Assembly: GCA_963765765.1 (NCBI GenBank)
Contig: CAVXYC010000001.1
Coordinates: 320,001-384,000, forward strand
Direction: 5' to 3'
Source of the DNA: an uncultured Chloroflexia bacterium
Lineage (GTDB): Bacteria; Chloroflexota; UBA6077; JACCZL01
Length of the DNA stretch: 64,000 nt
Of this stretch, positions 20,048-30,884 are shown one piece after another (within the stretch, counting starts at the first letter, position 1; each line of letters begins with the position of its first letter). Both the position numbers and the translations under genes were made by a program. Under the pieces are notes generated by a model. It was not told the DNA's origin and ran no database searches. It saw only the letters and a list, made by a program, of their open reading frames with translations.

Positions 20048-21805
20048 GTGCCTGCTGGAGAGACGTTCGTGATGAGTCTCCAGCGCATGGTTAGCGCACT
20101 GATTGTGCTGCTCGCCATGACGCTGTCGACTTCGACCCAAAGCGCCATGCGCGCTGATTCTGAGGACGATGGCTCTTCGCTGGAATCGGATCAACCTCGG
20201 CCGCCGCTTACTCCGCGCTGGGTGTTCCTACCCTGGGCCTGGGAGGACGACGACCAGGATGCTCGTGCCGTCATTGATCTCGTTGACGGTTATCAATCCC
20301 GGGGCATCCCGCTCGGGGCGGTCGTCATCGATAGCCCGTGGGCTACGAACTACAACACCTTTGAATTTGGACCCAATTACGCGAAGCCTGCCGAGCTCAT
20401 GTCCGAGCTCAAACAACGAGGCATTCGAGTCATTCTGTGGACTACCGGAATGATCAATGTGTCGTCTACTGATGGAGCCAATCTCGGCAAGGCCGACAAC
20501 TACGATGAGGCTTACGCGGCCGGCTACTTCGTCAATCGCGGTCAGACTTACAACTGGTGGAAGGGTGTAGGAAGCGGCATCGACTTCTTCAATCCGGCCG
20601 CCGTCGCCTGGTGGGAAAAGCAGCTCGATAAGATCATGTCGCTGGGAGTCTCAGGCTGGAAGGTGGACTATGCCGAACGCCAGCTTCCATCAAAGGTAGA
20701 AACCGCCGCTGGCACCAAGACCCAGGCGGAGTACGGAGATGCCTACTATCGAGCTTTTTACAGGTACACCATCAGCCGCGACCCGGAGGGCATCATCCTG
20801 GCGCGGCCATTCGATGACAAGGAAAATTTTGCACCTGTAGATGCGAACCCGGCTGGCTGGGTAGGCGATCAGAACCCATCCTGGGGCAATGACGGCATTG
20901 ACGAGGCAGTGGACAACATGATGATTTCCGCCGAGCGCGGCTATGCCGTGGTTGGATCGGACATCGGCGGCTACGCTTACGGCGAGCGTGACGCTGAGCA
21001 GTTCGTTCGATGGGCACAACTTGGCGCTCTTAGTCCGCTCATGGAAAACGGCGGTAGAGGCGAGCATCGTCCGTGGCGGTATGGCCCCGAGGTGCTGAAC
21101 ATTTATCGGCGCTTTGCCATTCTGCACTATGAGCTTGTGCCATACCTGTACAGCCTGGGCATCGAGGCGCATCGAACGGGTACACCAATACTCCGTCAGA
21201 CCAATCGGAACAATCGTCAATACCAGCTTGGCCCCGACCTGCTGGTCGTTCCGATGACGGGCGCGGGAGGGCAGCGTGCAGTGGAGCTGCCTGAAGGCGA
21301 GCGCTGGTACGACTTCTGGGACGACGATGAGGTCCTGGAAGGCGGGGCGCGGTTTCAGGTGTCAATGCCGCTCGACAGGGCGCCACTCTACATCCGCTCC
21401 GGTGCGATTCTGCCTCTTCAGGTTGAAGACGACACGTGGGGGCACGGCGGCGCGGCTTCGGCTGACGCATTGACGCTGCTCATCTATCCCGCGGCTCACT
21501 CTCGCATTGCCTACTATCCGGACCCCAGTCACAAGATCGATATCGAGGTGAAGCGCCAGATGTTCTCCGGCTCGGTACAGATAGGGGCGGGGCAGGACTC
21601 GTTCGTCCTGCGGATCAAAGAGTCGTCCGCCCCCGCGTCCGTGTCAGCGCAGCAGCGTAATTCGGAGTTGAGCGTCGATGAGATAGCAACCTGGGATGCA
21701 TTCGACCGACCTGTAGACGGCTGGTACTACGACGCGGCCGGTCAATATCTATGGATAAGACTCACCGGTGATGGCTCTCCGCTGAGCGTCTCGTACCGCT
21801 TCTGA
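20048..21805 (+). CDS. secreted glycoside hydrolase family 31
   Basis: VIDSPW, GWKVD (nucleophile), WVGD (acid/base), GSDIGGY, RWAQLGA, LVPYLYS. Confidence 0.92.
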   Translation: MPAGETFVMSLQRMVSALIVLLAMTLSTSTQSAMRADSEDDGSSLESDQPRPPLTPRWVFLPWAWEDDDQDARAVIDLVDGYQSRGIPLGAVVIDSPWATNYNTFEFGPNYAKPAELMSELKQRGIRVILWTTGMINVSSTDGANLGKADNYDEAYAAGYFVNRGQTYNWWKGVGSGIDFFNPAAVAWWEKQLDKIMSLGVSGWKVDYAERQLPSKVETAAGTKTQAEYGDAYYRAFYRYTISRDPEGIILARPFDDKENFAPVDANPAGWVGDQNPSWGNDGIDEAVDNMMISAERGYAVVGSDIGGYAYGERDAEQFVRWAQLGALSPLMENGGRGEHRPWRYGPEVLNIYRRFAILHYELVPYLYSLGIEAHRTGTPILRQTNRNNRQYQLGPDLLVVPMTGAGGQRAVELPEGERWYDFWDDDEVLEGGARFQVSMPLDRAPLYIRSGAILPLQVEDDTWGHGGAASADALTLLIYPAAHSRIAYYPDPSHKIDIEVKRQMFSGSVQIGAGQDSFVLRIKESSAPASVSAQQRNSELSVDEIATWDAFDRPVDGWYYDAAGQYLWIRLTGDGSPLSVSYRF

Positions 21806-22073
21806 CCCATAGGAGCGCTCATTCTTCGAAGCATCCCGCGTTGTCATGGTGTCCTGGTAGCCAACGTTGATCCGCTCGTTTTGCGCTGACGCTGGCTGCG
21901 CGGGGTTTCGGACCTGAGCGCAATATCAACGTTCTATAAAAAAATCACACCGTGGTCCGATCAGTGCCTATTGTGTATGGAATTAGTCGTGTCGATGCGA
22001 TTGAATGAAGTGAGGAAATACGCCGGAAGAAGAATTCGACGCGAGACTCCTTCCGCACAGGAGAATCCGACAT

Positions 22074-22589
22074 ATGACCAAGAGAACGGCGCTGGTGGAA
22101 CAGGCCGGAGGAATCGTCGTCTGGGGCGACAAACTGATACTTCATCGGACCGACAAGCGAAACCTGATATTTCCCAAGGGACACGTAGAAGCTGGTGAAT
22201 CCACCGTCGAGGCGGCGGTGCGCGAGGTGGAGGAGGAGACAGGGCTGATTGCCGAGCCGATCGAGTGCGCCGGCACGGCGGAGTTCACGGAAGACGAGGA
22301 GATCCGTCGAGTCACCTACTTCGTGATGCAGGCTTGCCGTGAAACCCCTGAGTGGCGCAAACATTGTGGAACCGACGCGTTCCCGGTTCCGCTTGAGTGG
22401 GCAGATTCGCTCCTGAAGCATGAGCAGACTCGGGCGATCCTCGCCCCCGTGCTGCCGCGAGTGGAGCGGCTCGCTCACGCTGGGAACAGACGGAAGCGAT
22501 CAGCAGGACGCGAGGCCGTTTTGATGGGCGCGCCTCTGGGGTTGTCATCAATGGACCTGCAAGGTCTGCTTACGCCCACGCTAGATTAG
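22074..22589 (+). CDS. NUDIX hydrolase
   Basis: Nudix box GHVEAGESTVEAAVREVEEETG. Confidence 0.92.
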   Translation: MTKRTALVEQAGGIVVWGDKLILHRTDKRNLIFPKGHVEAGESTVEAAVREVEEETGLIAEPIECAGTAEFTEDEEIRRVTYFVMQACRETPEWRKHCGTDAFPVPLEWADSLLKHEQTRAILAPVLPRVERLAHAGNRRKRSAGREAVLMGAPLGLSSMDLQGLLTPTLD

Positions 22590-23606
22590 CGCCAGGCGTC
22601 ATCATCCGGCGGTGATTGCGGCCACTCGGAGCCACGCTCCGAGAACCCGGCTATCTGGTGCGACGGCTCGCAGTCAAAGTACGGACCTTGCCCATCGCCC
22701 CCGATGCGAACTACTGAGAATTGAGCATTCTCAACGATGCTCATGCACACAGCCACGTCATGTCCGGTCGGGAGACTGACCGGACTGGTGAGCGGCCAGC
22801 GAATCCGAACCACGCTTCGCATAGGCGCTTCCAACATGGGTGGACGTGCGTGATCTCGCTCACATTGGAAATGGTGCTGGTGCAGCTCGAGGATGAGGGC
22901 TGATGCGAGGTTGCTGTGCATCCGTCGGTCTTGACTCTTTTCTCTAGTTTGTGAGGATTTTGACTGCGGCGAGAGGTGCAGCATTTTCGCGGTAACCGTA
23001 GCTACTTGAGCCGGCGCACTGGTTCGGACGCGGTGCACAAAACTCCCATCGAGTCAACGCCGATTCTTCGTTAACCGCGTAGCTCTTTGATGTCGGGGAG
23101 CCGAGCACGTCGGAACGAAATCCGCACCACTAATGAGAGATGGGCTCCGGCGAATGAGGCAACCCGGCTTGACTGATCTATCGAGGGCTAGTCCTGAAGC
23201 TGGCCGAGCAGAGAGCCCACTGTAGACGGTCGTAAGAGATCACGCTCCTCCGCGTTGCCGGGGCTGAGTGTGACTCCGCGGCCGCTTCCACGGCCTCTTC
23301 CGAGACTTTGCCGGATGACGAGCTCAGAATCGTGCCGAGTTTCGGTCCGGTAGCGGGCAATCCTCAGCCTGGTGATCCCGCCCAAGAAAATCCGCCATCA
23401 CACTCCTGAAAATTGCCATTGCTGAATGTAGTTTATATCTAGATACTACACACCGCTCGTGTGCGGGCCATCGATTCTGATCGAGCCTCTCAGTCGCAAA
23501 ATGACGGTGTCATTCGGTAAGCCCGGTCGGGCGAGACGAATCCGGCTGACAATGTGTTCATTGAGGGCTTGACTGACAATGCCTCTTGGTTGATTCCGAC
23601 GGAGAT

Positions 23607-24161
23607 CTAGGCGGGACGCGGAGCTCCGGAAAGGCGCCAGGCAGCACGCTCCTCGTAGCGATCACCGCGCAGCTCCAGCAACACGACCCGGTCAATAGTC
23701 CAGGGCTGCTCAAACCTCAAGCCGGCTGTGATTCGGCGAGTCTCTTCGAGGTCTCGCCGGGCGCCGTAGCGAATACAAGTCACGTGCCAGGTCCAGGTCT
23801 CTGGTCCCGAGAGCTTCAAATGCGTTCCATCGAATAGTCGGCGCCGAGCCGTATCCAGCTCCTGCGTATTTTCGACGCTGACGTAGAACGTGTGATCGGT
23901 GTTGTCCAGCTCGTGAACGTCATCCAGCGTGACAGTCACAGGGCGCGGGAACGCGCGTCTGATCTGGAGTCCGAGTGCCGCGGTCGCATTGGGTGCGCGA
24001 TAGCAGAGCGTCGCGTGAGGGGGAAGTCGCTGCGCTTGCTCGGGGTCGTGCTGTAGCCGAAACTCCTGGATTCGATCACCGGCAACACCGCTGACGACGG
24101 CTACGAGCACGCGCCGTGCAGCGGGTGAGTCATCTGACGGGGGTAAGCTTTGATTCGACAC
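23607..24161 (-). CDS. 2H phosphoesterase (2'-5' RNA ligase family)
   Basis: Two HxT motifs, PPHATL and WHVTC. Confidence 0.85.
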   Translation of the reverse strand: MSNQSLPPSDDSPAARRVLVAVVSGVAGDRIQEFRLQHDPEQAQRLPPHATLCYRAPNATAALGLQIRRAFPRPVTVTLDDVHELDNTDHTFYVSVENTQELDTARRRLFDGTHLKLSGPETWTWHVTCIRYGARRDLEETRRITAGLRFEQPWTIDRVVLLELRGDRYEERAAWRLSGAPRPA

Positions 24162-24561
24162 TGGCGCGCCGGCCTCTATTTAGAGCACCAGAGCGTGGCC
24201 ACAATCGAGATGGGTTGATCGGGTAGCTGCACACATCTCGCAAATGAGGCACAAGCTTCAGTGAGCGAAAGCCCGGGTGCTTCCTTCATCATGCCGCAGG
24301 AACAGGATGAAGTCGATAGAGCACGTTGCTCGTGACATTTGCTGATTCCACGGTGGCCTACTACCTCAGCTAATCTGCCATGAAGCGCCAGTGCCAGATT
24401 GCGTGTTCTCAATGCCGCGATCAACGCCCCGGCATTTCGGACCGCCGTAGCGGTGGACTTCCAGCCCATCCGCATAGCGAGGCGAAGTTCCACGAGCGAT
24501 GTCCATGCTCAGACGCAAGCCAATGGGACGCAACGCAAATGCACTTCGGTACGAGAATTGG

Positions 24562-24590
24562 TTGACGGAGGAGTAAGCGATGGGTAGCGT
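24562..24590 (+). promoter_or_regulatory. sigma70-type promoter
   Basis: TTGACG-N17-TAGCGT; equivalent element upstream of the paralog. Confidence 0.7.
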
Positions 24591-24691
24591 TAATGCGCAA
24601 ACACGGAGTGGGGGAGCGACTGCACGCGGGGATTGAAAACACGCTGACAGAGTGAGGCTTGTAGATCGGATACACGGCCAAAGGGGTTGCC

Positions 24692-25961
24692 ATGGCTCGT
24701 CGAAGCAGATCATCAGTGAGCGCCGGCGAAGTGAGTCGCCGAGGTTTCTTGCAGGTCCTTGTCGTGAGTGGAGGCGCGGCGCTTCTCTCCGCCTGTCAGT
24801 CGGCCCCCGCGGCCGCTCCCACAACTGCTCCCAAGCCTGCCGCCGAGCCGACGGCTGCGCCCGCCGCGGCTGCGCCCAAGGTGGCCCCAACCGCGGCGCC
24901 CGCACAGGCCGCCGCTGCCGCGGCTCCCGCGGAGTGGGACGAGATGCAGCGGCTTGCCAAACAAGAGGGCGAGGTCGTTATTTCCATGGGCCGCGCAGCA
25001 TCTCGCCAGATCAGCCCAGTCTTCAAGCAGTTCGAGGAGAAATTCGGCGTCAAGGTGACCGGCCTTATTGGCTCAGGTACCGAGAACGCGCAAAAAGTAA
25101 CGGCAGAGCGCGACACCGGGCTGTTCACCGTGGATGTCTGGATGGGCGGCCTCACGTCGATGAACACCCAGCTTGCGCCGCAGGAGCGCCATGGACCCGA
25201 TTGCACCGTACCTTGTGCTGCCCGAGGTCAAGGACGAAAAGCTCTGGTTCGGGGGCAAGCATCTGTACGGCGATAAGGATGGGAAGCTCATTTTCCTTTT
25301 CGCCGCCAGCCCCACCGCCTACCTCGCCTATAACACCAACATGGTGAAGGTTGACGAGATCCAATCCTGGTGGGACCTGCTGGATCCGAAGTGGAAGGGC
25401 AAGATCGTCGGTCGCGATCCAACAGTCGCCGGCACTGGGGGCAGCCTGCTTGGCTTCTATTTCACACCCAGCCTGGGCCAGGACTTCCTGAGGCGCCTGT
25501 ATACCGAACAGGAGATCGTGCTCACCAAAGATGGCCGTCAGGGTGCGGAGTGGCTGGCGTTGGGTAAGTACCCGTTGTACTTCATCCCGTCAGGCAGCGA
25601 TCCGGAGGAGGCCAAAGCGCAGGGCCTACCCGTGGACACGGTGGTGCGACCGATGAAGGAGGGCGCCTGGATCACCTCGGGCGGCACAGGCACCATCGCC
25701 CCGATGAACAAGGCTCCGCATCCTAACGCCGGCAAGCTTTTCATCAACTGGTGGCTGAGCAAGGAAGCTCAGTTAGCGTATATGAAGAACAATCCGATCG
25801 ATGAGTCCCTGCGTGAGGACATCTCCAAGGACGACGTGGACCCCGAGTATCGCCGCAAACCGGGCGTCAACTACATGCACCTGGACTCCGACCAGAACAT
25901 CATGGGCAAGGACGGTGAGCCGAACGAGTTCATGAAGAAGGTGATCGAAGCGCGGAGCTAA
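24692..25961 (+). CDS. Tat lipoprotein ABC substrate-binding protein (Fe3+/thiamine-type fold; frameshift ~25180)
   Basis: SRRGFL, LSAC lipobox, WWDLLDPKWKGKI, APHPNAGKLFINWWLS. Confidence 0.9.
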
Positions 25962-25978
25962 GTCCCAAGATCAGTCCG

Positions 25979-26064
25979 AGCCGCGCACGTGAGTAAGCGG
26001 TTCCTCTCGAGACAGCTCTGACTCCGGACGTCTCGAAAGGAGCCGCTTACTCACGTGCGCGGTT
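25979..26064. repeat. REP-like long inverted repeat
   Basis: CCGCGCACGTGAGTAAGCGG ... CCGCTTACTCACGTGCGCGG. Confidence 0.85.
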
Positions 26065-26129
26065 CTGTCGCTTTGTGGGACCGCCGCAGGGAACCGCACC
26101 CTTATGGGCTGTGGCTGCGTTTTGCTTTC

Positions 26130-26620
26130 CGCAGCGTGGCGATGCCCGGGCTGATGCCACTGCCCGCGTAGCTGACTTCCTCACCCCGCCGCGGCGCGCC
26201 ACCTCCGCGCCCCAGCGCCGACCCACGCATCCCGTCCCGCGCGCCCGCTACGTAGCTCGGCGCACCAGGCGCTGCTGCTCGCGCGGCAGGTCCGCGTTCC
26301 ACCCGCCACCACCGCCAGTTTCACTCGTGCCACCCGTCTCGATAGCGCACCAGCACGCCATCGGTCTCCGCACCAGCTCGACCTGAGCCGATCGATGGGC
26401 CGACGGGGCCTTGGTCCGGCCACCGTGGCGGCGTCATCCTGGAGCTGGGCGTCGAGCGCCTCGCAGCGATTCGGTGAGGCGGCGCAGCTCTCGGCCTCAC
26501 CGGCACGGGTCAACGTGGCGAGCTGCGCGCGGCGTGGCGAGCGCAGAGGCGCCAGGGACACCAGCATGCTGGAGGCGGTGCTGCTGCGTTGCTGCGGCGG
26601 CACGCCGAGGTGGAGTGGGG
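26130..26620 (-). pseudogene. decayed ISKra4/UPF0236-like transposase fragment
   Basis: Across shifting frames: LRRLTE...EALDAQLQ, ETDGVLVRYRDGWHE(V)KLAVV, SYVA, AEVARRG. Confidence 0.62.
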
Positions 26621-26631
26621 CCGTCGATTAG

Positions 26632-26660
26632 TTGACTGAGCATCGAGCGTTAGGTAGCGT
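26632..26660 (+). promoter_or_regulatory. sigma70-type promoter
   Basis: TTGACT-N17-TAGCGT. Confidence 0.7.
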
Positions 26661-26764
26661 TTCGATATCCGCTAAATGAGTAGGAGGAAGCCGCGAAGGG
26701 CAGTCGAATACGTGCTGACTGGTTGAGACTTGTAGATCCGTCCACGGCCAAGGGGGAATTCACC

Positions 26765-28025
26765 ATGGCTCGTCGAATCAGATCACGAATTAGCGGTGGC
26801 GAAGTAGATCGCCGTTACTTCTTACAGGTGCTTGTCGCGAGTGGAGGCGCCGCGCTTCTGTCAGCCTGTCAATCGGCCCCCGCGGCCGCTCCGACAACTG
26901 CTCCCAAGCCAGCTGCCCCGCAGACGGCCGTCCCTGCGCCCGCGGTTTCGACGGCACCGCCAGCGCAAGCCGCCCCCGCCGCCGCCCCTCCTGCCGAATG
27001 GGAAGAGCTGCAACGCCTCGCCAAGCAAGAGGGCGAAGTCGTCATCTACATGGGTCGGGCGGCCTCCCGCCAGATCAGCCCGGTGTTCAAGCAGTTTGAA
27101 GAGAAGTTCGGCGTCAAGGTGACCAGTGTCATCGGCTCCGGTAGCGAGAACGCGGACAAAGTGGGCGCTGAGCGTGACACCGGCCTGTTCACCGGAGATA
27201 TCTGGATGGGCGGCCTCACCTCCATGAACACCCAGTTGGCGCCGAGAGGCGCGCTGGATCCGATCGCGCCCGTACATGTTGCTCCCCGAGATCAAGGACC
27301 AATCGCTCTGGTGGGGGGGTAAGCATCTCTACGGCGACAAGACTCAGAATCTCATCTTCCTGTTCGCCGCCAGTCCGCCATCCTACCTGGCGTACAACAC
27401 TCAGCTCGCCAAGGTGGATGAGATCCAATCATGGTGGGATTTGCTCGATCCCAAGTGGAAGGGCAAGATCGTGTCACGCGACCCGAGCGTAGCCGGCACG
27501 GGCGGAAGCATGGCGAGCTTCTACTTTACACCCAGTCTCGGACCCGAATTCCTGCGCAAGATTTACACCGAACAGGACGTCACACTCACTCGCGATGGGC
27601 GACAGGGCGCCGAGTGGCTGGCGCTCGGCAAGTACTCGCTCTACTTTGCCCCCGGGGGCAGCGATCCAGAGGAGCTAAAGGCGCAAGGTCTGCCCGTGGA
27701 CACGGTCATGCGACCGATGAAGGAGGGCGCCTGGGTAACCTCTGGCGGTACCGGCACCATCTCGCCGATGAACAAGGGGCCACATCCGAACGCCACCAAG
27801 CTATTCATCAACTGGTGGCTCGGCAAGGACGCTCAGCTAGCCTACCAGAAGGTCAATCCCATTGATGAGTCCCTCAGAGAAGACATCTCGAAGGACGACG
27901 TGATGCCCGAGTATCGTCGTCGCCCAGGCGTCCAGTACATGCACATTGATGCCAATGCCGACATCATGGGACGGGACGGGGAGCCGAATGAATATATGAA
28001 GAAGGTGCTCGAGGGTAGAACCTAA
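26765..28025 (+). CDS. Tat lipoprotein ABC substrate-binding protein, paralog of 24692..25961 (frameshift ~27275)
   Basis: DRRYFL, LSAC; long near-identical stretches with the upstream copy. Confidence 0.9.
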
Positions 28026-28138
28026 ACGCGGGCTGCCGCAGAGCGCCGGTTTCTCGAGATCGCCAACTTAGGGTCGCGATCTTGAGAAACCGCGCCATTG
28101 TACGTGCACTCCAGCACTTCGCGCCCACCGTTGCCGGA

Positions 28139-29113
28139 TTATCTCGTGAGCTCGCTTCCCCGTAGCAGAGCCTTCTCCGCCTCCGCGACGATCCGCCCCA
28201 CAATTTCGGCCGCGGGCAAAACTTCGTGGATCATTCCCGCCGTCTGACCGGCAAACGGCAGAAGCTCGTGCAGCCGCCCCTGGCGGAGAGCCGAGACCAC
28301 CTCGCCGCGTATGCGCTCAGCTTCTTGCTGTGCCTCGTCGCGCCGGCCGCGCCACTTTTCCACAAATGGAGACGCGATCAGGCGCGGTACCACTGAATAC
28401 GCACTACCACTTGCCGGCGCGAAGAACGCCGACCACTCCTCGAATCGCGTGACCTCTTCAGACTCCGCCGCCAGGATGGCTTGTTTCCAATTCGCGTGGG
28501 CCGAGGTTTCTACGGATGCCAGGAACCTTGTGCCAATGTTCACGCCCTGCGCTCCCAGGACCAGCGCAGCCGCGAGCCCACGCCCGTCGGCGATCCCGCC
28601 TGCCGCCAGAACGGGGATGGGTGCTACCGCGTCCACGATCTGAGGTACGAGGGCCAGTCCACCAACTCCCAGGGCAGGTCCCTGACCACCGGCCTCACTA
28701 CCCTGGGCGACAATCGCGTCCACGCCGAGCTCTGCCGTCACACGCGACTGTTGCACGGTATGCACCTGGTGGACGACCAGAGCCCCTGCTTCGCGGGCGC
28801 GCCGTACGAGGTCTCCTGGGTCTCCAAGGGCGAATGAGATCACCTTGGGCCGGGCATCGAGCGTGAGAGAGAACGCCTCCTCGTTTAACGACGGCACGAC
28901 GTGATTCACCGCGAATGGCGCGTTCGTTAGCTGCCTCACACGCTCGATCTGTCTTCCGAGGCTCTCGGCCGACTCGTTGACCGCACCGATGCTGCCTAGG
29001 CCGCCGGCGTTCGATACGGCCGCCACAAGCTCCGGCGCGGATGCCGGCCAGATGGGTGCCTGCACGATTGGATGGTCGATGCCGAAGAGATCACATATTT
29101 GTGTGCGTAACAT
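28139..29113 (-). CDS. nitronate monooxygenase / 2-nitropropane dioxygenase family
   Basis: HPIVQAP, AVSNAGGLG, QGSEAGG, AAGGIADGRG, GTRF. Confidence 0.92.
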   Translation of the reverse strand: MLRTQICDLFGIDHPIVQAPIWPASAPELVAAVSNAGGLGSIGAVNESAESLGRQIERVRQLTNAPFAVNHVVPSLNEEAFSLTLDARPKVISFALGDPGDLVRRAREAGALVVHQVHTVQQSRVTAELGVDAIVAQGSEAGGQGPALGVGGLALVPQIVDAVAPIPVLAAGGIADGRGLAAALVLGAQGVNIGTRFLASVETSAHANWKQAILAAESEEVTRFEEWSAFFAPASGSAYSVVPRLIASPFVEKWRGRRDEAQQEAERIRGEVVSALRQGRLHELLPFAGQTAGMIHEVLPAAEIVGRIVAEAEKALLRGSELTR

Positions 29114-29145
29114 AGCCGTATCCAAATGAAGCGATACGCCGGAGG

Positions 29146-30075
29146 CTAAACCTCCGCGAAGAGCTCCTCCGCCGAGGGAGCGCTCGGAAGGATCTCCTGT
29201 TCAACGAGCGCTTTGACGAGCAGATCGATCGAGTGCTTGTTCGCCTTGACTCCGTACGGAAGCGGATCGCCACCAATGACCGAGGCCTGCCAGAGGATGC
29301 GCTCATCCGCGGGGGTGTTTGCCGTTCCCGCCTTCAACGCCCCGAGATAGACATCGCGCGATGCTTCGAAGAGTCGATAAAGCTCACCAGCGAGCCAGGG
29401 ATACTCATTGATGAGAGCGTCCTTGACCACCAGAAAGGAAACCAGCGGATAGTCCAGCGTGCGGCGATACGAGACCTCTTCCACAGGACGAGGATCCGGG
29501 ATGAGCAGCTTGACTCCGTCAGTCTGAGGCAGGCCACCAGCGATGCCGGCATCGATCTCCCCACCGATGAGCATGTCGTTGAGCTTCTTGCCCGCCGGCG
29601 CGCGTGAGACGATAAGCGGCTCGTGATACTCCGCCACGTGCGGGTCTTCGTACGAGACGTAGCGGATAGCCTTGAGGTCCACATCGTAATCCGTCCGCAG
29701 AACGATGCGGCCATAGACGCCGGTGGTGATAGTCCATGAGCCGACCCCAGCCGTTCGACCTTCCAGATCCTTCGGTTCTCGAATGCCGGAGGCCACGTTG
29801 TAGGCCATCACCCCATGATGGAAATGCCGATCCAGAAACACGGGTAGCGCCGTCACCGGCTTGCCCACGGATCGCGCAACCAGATAGGTCGTGGGTGACA
29901 TCTGGCACAGGTCATAGGCCTGGTCGCGCACCATTCGTGGATAGGCGTCATTCACGCGAGGCATATCGACAAACTCAAGCTGCACGCGATCGGATTGGAT
30001 GTCGCCATCCTTTAGCGCCTTTGTCCAGGGCGCCGTGGCCAGCACGGTGGAGAGTTTCAGTGGTGCTCCCGACAT
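29146..30075 (-). CDS. 4,5-dihydroxyphthalate decarboxylase-like protein (PBP2 fold)
   Basis: TKALKDG, ALPVFLDRHFHH, PKDLEGR, GEIDA, GDPLPYGVKAN; no signal peptide. Confidence 0.75.
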   Translation of the reverse strand: MSGAPLKLSTVLATAPWTKALKDGDIQSDRVQLEFVDMPRVNDAYPRMVRDQAYDLCQMSPTTYLVARSVGKPVTALPVFLDRHFHHGVMAYNVASGIREPKDLEGRTAGVGSWTITTGVYGRIVLRTDYDVDLKAIRYVSYEDPHVAEYHEPLIVSRAPAGKKLNDMLIGGEIDAGIAGGLPQTDGVKLLIPDPRPVEEVSYRRTLDYPLVSFLVVKDALINEYPWLAGELYRLFEASRDVYLGALKAGTANTPADERILWQASVIGGDPLPYGVKANKHSIDLLVKALVEQEILPSAPSAEELFAEV

Positions 30076-30229
30076 GTCAGGCTCCCCTGTGATTCATTGG
30101 TCGGACGGCACGAAGATCGACGAGATCGTCATGCCGGACTGCAGCTCGAGTGTACTCCTCGGCGGCCTCCGGCCTGGGAGACGGGGCGTCCCGCCGTCCC
30201 AGGCTTGCCGTTCTCTGCCTCGGTGCGCG

Positions 30230-30860
30230 CTAGCGACTCATGAGCCCGATCGCCTCGTCCACCGTCATCACCCGCGCGAAGAGCGGGAAGATCTCATTCA
30301 TATACATATCGAACACGGACTTGCGACCCGAGCTACAGGCGTCGCGCAGGATGATCTGATTGAAGTCCAGGTCTCTGGCCGCGCGAGCAGTGTTTGCGAG
30401 TCCCACCTCTACGGATCCCCCGGCGAGCATGAGCGTGTCGATGCCGGCGGTGCGCAGGCTCAGCTCGAAGTGCGTTTGAAAGAATGCGCTCCAACGATGC
30501 TTCTTGATAACGTAGTCGCCGGGTTGCGGAGCGATCTCGTTCAGGATCTCCGTCCCGGGGGCTCCAGCGATCGCCGCGGATGGGAGGCTCCGCTTGGGGC
30601 CGGAACCTGGCTCGCCGTGGATGCCCGCATCAACGATGAGTGACGCGGAATCGCGGAAGTCCGGCCGATGGTCAGCGCCCGGATAGAACACGGCAATTCC
30701 GGCAGCGCGACTGGCCGTGTTGATTCTCTTGAAGGCATTCGACAATTCCCGACGCCTCGACCTCGGCGCGCTTCACGGGGTCCTCGGGCTGGTAATACAG
30801 CTTCAGACAGTCAAAGAAGACCAGTGCCGTTTTTGATGGCTCGATCGGAAATTCGGGCAT
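30230..30860 (-). CDS. isochorismatase-family hydrolase (frameshift ~30740)
   Basis: KTALVFFD, IKKHRWSAF, TARAARD, RDACS. Confidence 0.88.
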
Positions 30861-30884
30861 CGCTGTTTCCCTCTCTCTCCGAGA

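Noticed and set aside
24820-24930. Low-complexity GC repeats in SBP 5' regions
   Set aside because: They encode Pro/Ala lipoprotein tethers.
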